This document shows, piece by piece, positions 60,857-64,000 of a stretch of DNA of 64,000 bases. The translations under genes and the position numbers were made by a program. The notes under the pieces are model-generated. The model did no database searches. It saw nothing but the letters and a program-made list of their open reading frames with translations, and had not been told where the DNA came from. The stretch is from Desulfomonilia bacterium. GTDB taxonomy: Bacteria > Desulfobacterota > Desulfomonilia > UBA1062. Position 1 is the stretch's first letter. Every line of letters starts with the position of its first letter. Location: NCBI GenBank assembly GCA_963664325.2, contig CAXXDQ010000007.1, positions 448,001 through 512,000 on the forward strand, written 5' to 3'.

Positions 60857-61142
60857 GTTGAACCTCCCCAATGCAAAATACAGCATCTAATATTATCTAT
60901 ATAACACTTCAACAATTCAAGTTTATTCTTTTCAGGCGCGGGGCATTGCAATCAGTACTGTTGAGAATGACAACCGGGCTTTTATCGTTCGAGCCTGGTC
61001 TATACCAGGAACGCCACCGGCTCTGAGAGTTATTAAAGACGCAATGCTTGAAAGACAGAGGCCTGGTTACTATTCACATATTTGCAGGCGGGACCGTCAT
61101 TGTGATTGCAGTTGCCGGTGTGCAAGCTTGACAAGCCTGCTT

Positions 61143-62678
61143 TTACTCCCACTCGATTGTGCTGGGCGGTTTTGAGCTGATGTCGTAAACAACGCGGTTA
61201 ACGCCTTTAACTTCATTGATTATGCGCGTGGAGATTCTCGCCAGTATATCATATGGAATTTTCACCCAGTCCGCAGTCATGGCGTCCATACTGTGAACGG
61301 CACGGATAGCAATGGCGTTGGCATAGGTACGCTCGTCGCCCATTACACCTACGCTTTTTACAGGAAGCAATACTGCAAAACCCTGCCAGATGTCTTTATA
61401 ACCTTCCCACTTCTCAAGCTCCTCCTGCACCCGCAGGTCGGCCTGACGAAGCACATCAAGCTGTTCCCTTGTTATATCTCCAAGAAGCCTGACGGCAAGA
61501 CCCGGACCCGGAAACGGCTGACGCTTAAGAAGCTTATCCGGAAGCCCCAGCTCATGGCCAAGCACCCTCACCTCATCCTTGAACAGTTCCTTCAGGGGTT
61601 CGATCAGTTCAAACTTCAGGTCTTTAGGCAGGCCCCCGACATTGTGGTGGCTCTTGATGGTTACTGAAGGACCACCTTTGGCCGAACGGCTTTCTATGAT
61701 GTCAGGGTAGAGCGTGCCCTGTGCCAGGAACTTGGCGCCGCCTATTCTGTCGGCCTCGCCATAGAACACATCGATGAAAGTCTTACCTATTATCTTGCGT
61801 TTTTTCTCAGGATCGGAGACGCCTTTCAATGCTTCAAGAAAACACTCGCTTGCATCTACTATATCAAGGTTCAAAGGATAATCATGCGTGAACATTTGCC
61901 TGATCTCATCGACCTCATTGGCTCGCAGCAGTCCGTTATCAACAAAGATGGCTGTCATTTGTCTGCCGATTGCTTTATGTATGAGCGCAGCGGCGACCGA
62001 TGAATCAACGCCGCCTGAAAGCCCGCAAATAAGATTATCTTTCCCTACGGCAGCGCGTATCTTTGCGACAGTCTCCTCAATGAAACTCGCCATTGTCCAT
62101 TCGCCCCTGCATCGCGCAATCCTGAACAGGAAATTCCTGAGCACTTCCATTCCGCGCGGTGTATGAACAACTTCGGGATGAAACTGCACCCCGAATATTT
62201 TCCTTTTAAAATCGCCCATTGATGCAATGCAGGACGTCGTATGGGCAAGGACTTCAAATCCTTTTGGGGGCACCTTTACATGGTCACCGTGGCTCATCCA
62301 TACATCTATTCCAAGGCCGAAACCATCAAACAGCCCTGTATGCGAATCAATCTCAATCGATGCAGGACCATACTCACGGCTTTTTCCTGCGTCTACCGTA
62401 CCGCCGGAAACTTTTGCAATAAGCTGCATCCCATAGCATATACCAAGAAATGGAATCCCGCTCTCAAGAAGTGCGGCGTCCATACCGGGGTGATTATCTT
62501 CAAGTACCGAGGAGGGACCGCCAGAGAGCACTGCCGCTTTCACTCCCATTTCTCTCAGTTCATCGGCGGTTACATCGTGCCTGAGAATTTCGCAGTAAAC
62601 GCCAAGCTCTCTGATACGTCTGGCAATAAGCTGTGCATACTGGCTGCCGAAATCAAGAACAGCTACCATTTCTCTCAT
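61143..62678 (-). CDS. guaA: GMP synthase (glutamine-hydrolysing)
   Basis: LDFGSQY, GICYGMQ, QFHPEV, SGGVDS, KSHHNVGG, KPPSTIEWE. Confidence 0.98.
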   Translation of the reverse strand: MREMVAVLDFGSQYAQLIARRIRELGVYCEILRHDVTADELREMGVKAAVLSGGPSSVLEDNHPGMDAALLESGIPFLGICYGMQLIAKVSGGTVDAGKSREYGPASIEIDSHTGLFDGFGLGIDVWMSHGDHVKVPPKGFEVLAHTTSCIASMGDFKRKIFGVQFHPEVVHTPRGMEVLRNFLFRIARCRGEWTMASFIEETVAKIRAAVGKDNLICGLSGGVDSSVAAALIHKAIGRQMTAIFVDNGLLRANEVDEIRQMFTHDYPLNLDIVDASECFLEALKGVSDPEKKRKIIGKTFIDVFYGEADRIGGAKFLAQGTLYPDIIESRSAKGGPSVTIKSHHNVGGLPKDLKFELIEPLKELFKDEVRVLGHELGLPDKLLKRQPFPGPGLAVRLLGDITREQLDVLRQADLRVQEELEKWEGYKDIWQGFAVLLPVKSVGVMGDERTYANAIAIRAVHSMDAMTADWVKIPYDILARISTRIINEVKGVNRVVYDISSKPPSTIEWE

Positions 62679-62795
62679 GTTTAACCTCTTAATTAAGTAA
62701 TCAGTAGACAGGAGTCAGGAGGAAGGAGACGGGAGAAAAACCAAACTGTTTTTCATTCTGTCTTCCTTATCCCTGCTTTTGCATCCTATTTTCAA

Positions 62796-64000
62796 TTAAT
62801 CCGGGCCTTCCATGCAGTCGCATCCTGAAAATGCAAACTTGTCATAATCCGACGGCTTTGCAGTCGGATATTTTCCTGTAAAGCACGCCGTACAGAAATC
62901 TGTAGGGTTCACTACGGTTGCGAGCATGCCGTCGACACTGAGATACTTCAGGCTGTCAGCCTCAATAAACTCGCAAATCTCCTCTACAGTTTTGGCTGCC
63001 CCTATAAGTTCTCCCTTGCTCGATATATCAATGCCGTAAAAGCAGGGGCATTTAACCGGCGGAGAACTTATCCTGACGTGAACCTCTTTCGCCCCGCCTT
63101 CCCTGATAAGCTTCACCAGTTTTTTCATTGTAGTGCCTCTGACAATCGAATCGTCGACCACCACAACCCGCCTGTCCTGGAGCACCCCGCCGACAGGATT
63201 GAATTTTATCTTCACACTGTCCTGCCTTGATTTCTGATATGGTGAGATAAAAGTCCGTCCCACATAATGGTTTCTGATAAGGCCTATCTCAAAACGTTTT
63301 CCCGATGCCTGGGCATATCCGAGCGCCGCAGTATTTGCCGAGTCGGGAATAGGTATAACGATATCGGCCTCTGCAGGCGACTCATTGGCAAGCTGTTTGC
63401 CCAGTCTTCTGCGGATTTTGTCAACCTTTTCACCGAATATCCAGCTGTCAGGCCTGCTGAAATAGATGAATTCGAAAATGCACTGCGCCTTTCTGCTTGA
63501 TGGCGGAAGCATAAGCGATTTAAGCCCTGACGAATCTATGACAATCACCTCTCCGGGTTCAACCGAGCGTATGTACTCGGCCCCTACAATGTCAAATGCA
63601 CAAGTCTCCGAAGCTACCATATATCCGCAAGATGTCTTTCCGAGACTGAGGGGTCTGTTTCCCATCGGGTCTCTTGCCGCTATCACTTTATCAGAGGTTA
63701 AGAAGACATAGCAGTATGCGCCCACCATTTGTGACAGTGCGTCTATGATCTGCTCCTCGATTGTTTCTTTCTGTGACCTTGCAATGAGGTGCAGGACGAT
63801 CTCGCTGTCCGATGTAGTCTGGAATATAGAGCCCGAGCATTCCATTTCATGCCTGAGGCGGGGGGCATTAACCATGTTACCGTTATGTGCGGCGGCCAGC
63901 TGGCCCGACTTGCACTGAATGACTAGCGGCTGGGCATTTGCAATATTAGTCCCGCCCCTTGTCGAATATCGGTTATGTCCTATGGCCAGATAACCGTGCA
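62796..64000 (-). CDS. purF: Amidophosphoribosyltransferase, 5' end outside window
   Basis: Frame is open to the edge: GHNRYST, AHNGN, TSDSE, CIFEFIYFSRPDS, VDDSIVRGTT. Confidence 0.97.
   Translation of the reverse strand, partial: HGYLAIGHNRYSTRGGTNIANAQPLVIQCKSGQLAAAHNGNMVNAPRLRHEMECSGSIFQTTSDSEIVLHLIARSQKETIEEQIIDALSQMVGAYCYVFLTSDKVIAARDPMGNRPLSLGKTSCGYMVASETCAFDIVGAEYIRSVEPGEVIVIDSSGLKSLMLPPSSRKAQCIFEFIYFSRPDSWIFGEKVDKIRRRLGKQLANESPAEADIVIPIPDSANTAALGYAQASGKRFEIGLIRNHYVGRTFISPYQKSRQDSVKIKFNPVGGVLQDRRVVVVDDSIVRGTTMKKLVKLIREGGAKEVHVRISSPPVKCPCFYGIDISSKGELIGAAKTVEEICEFIEADSLKYLSVDGMLATVVNPTDFCTACFTGKYPTAKPSDYDKFAFSGCDCMEGPD

Noticed and set aside
60942-61116. 6S RNA or purine riboswitch
   Set aside because: It lacks the 6S conserved motifs and usual gene context as I recall them, and lies downstream rather than upstream of guaA.
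55-63711. The many short ORFs overlapping the called genes (e.g. 55-288, 2541-2954, 39797-40840, 50139-50825)
   Set aside because: Antisense or alternate-frame shadows of well-supported CDSs with no recognisable motifs.

Overview
A gene-dense 64 kb window from an anaerobic Gram-negative bacterium, probably Deltaproteobacteria/Desulfobacterota (inferred from gene content only). No rRNA, tRNA, CRISPR array or transposase was seen. Two loci stand out. (1) At 27.2-33.1 kb is a SynChlorMet (Scm)-type RiPP cassette: two radical SAM/SPASM enzymes, two PqqD/RRE proteins, and a ScmC kinase-like protein fused to an S26 peptidase. It contains three paralogous Cys-repeat peptide genes with a YEAPK leader, five (four in the pseudogene) regularly spaced Cys and a GxGF C-terminus. 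These are strong precursor candidates for a cassette whose precursor, as I recall, was not identified in the family description. One precursor is a nonsense pseudogene, and a chimeric RRE pseudogene records a duplication-plus-deletion event; the ORF track misses both. (2) At <1-11.2 kb is an apparently uncharacterised lipid/hydrophobic-metabolite cluster: a class I HMG-CoA-reductase fused to an APH/choline-kinase-like domain, a B12 radical SAM, a ceramide-synthase-like GNAT, a UbiA-like transferase, a PEP-utilising enzyme, an MMPL exporter, a LolA-like carrier and an outer-membrane barrel. The rest comprises a polyphosphate operon, a DUF134/NifX operon, Znu/Zur, a branched-chain-type ABC transporter with paaK, msrAB, acyl-CoA enzymes, a MenA-like/rSAM pair, several lipoprotein hydrolases, guaA and purF. 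Four ordinary genes carry single-base frameshifts, mostly in homopolymers, which suggests sequencing errors.
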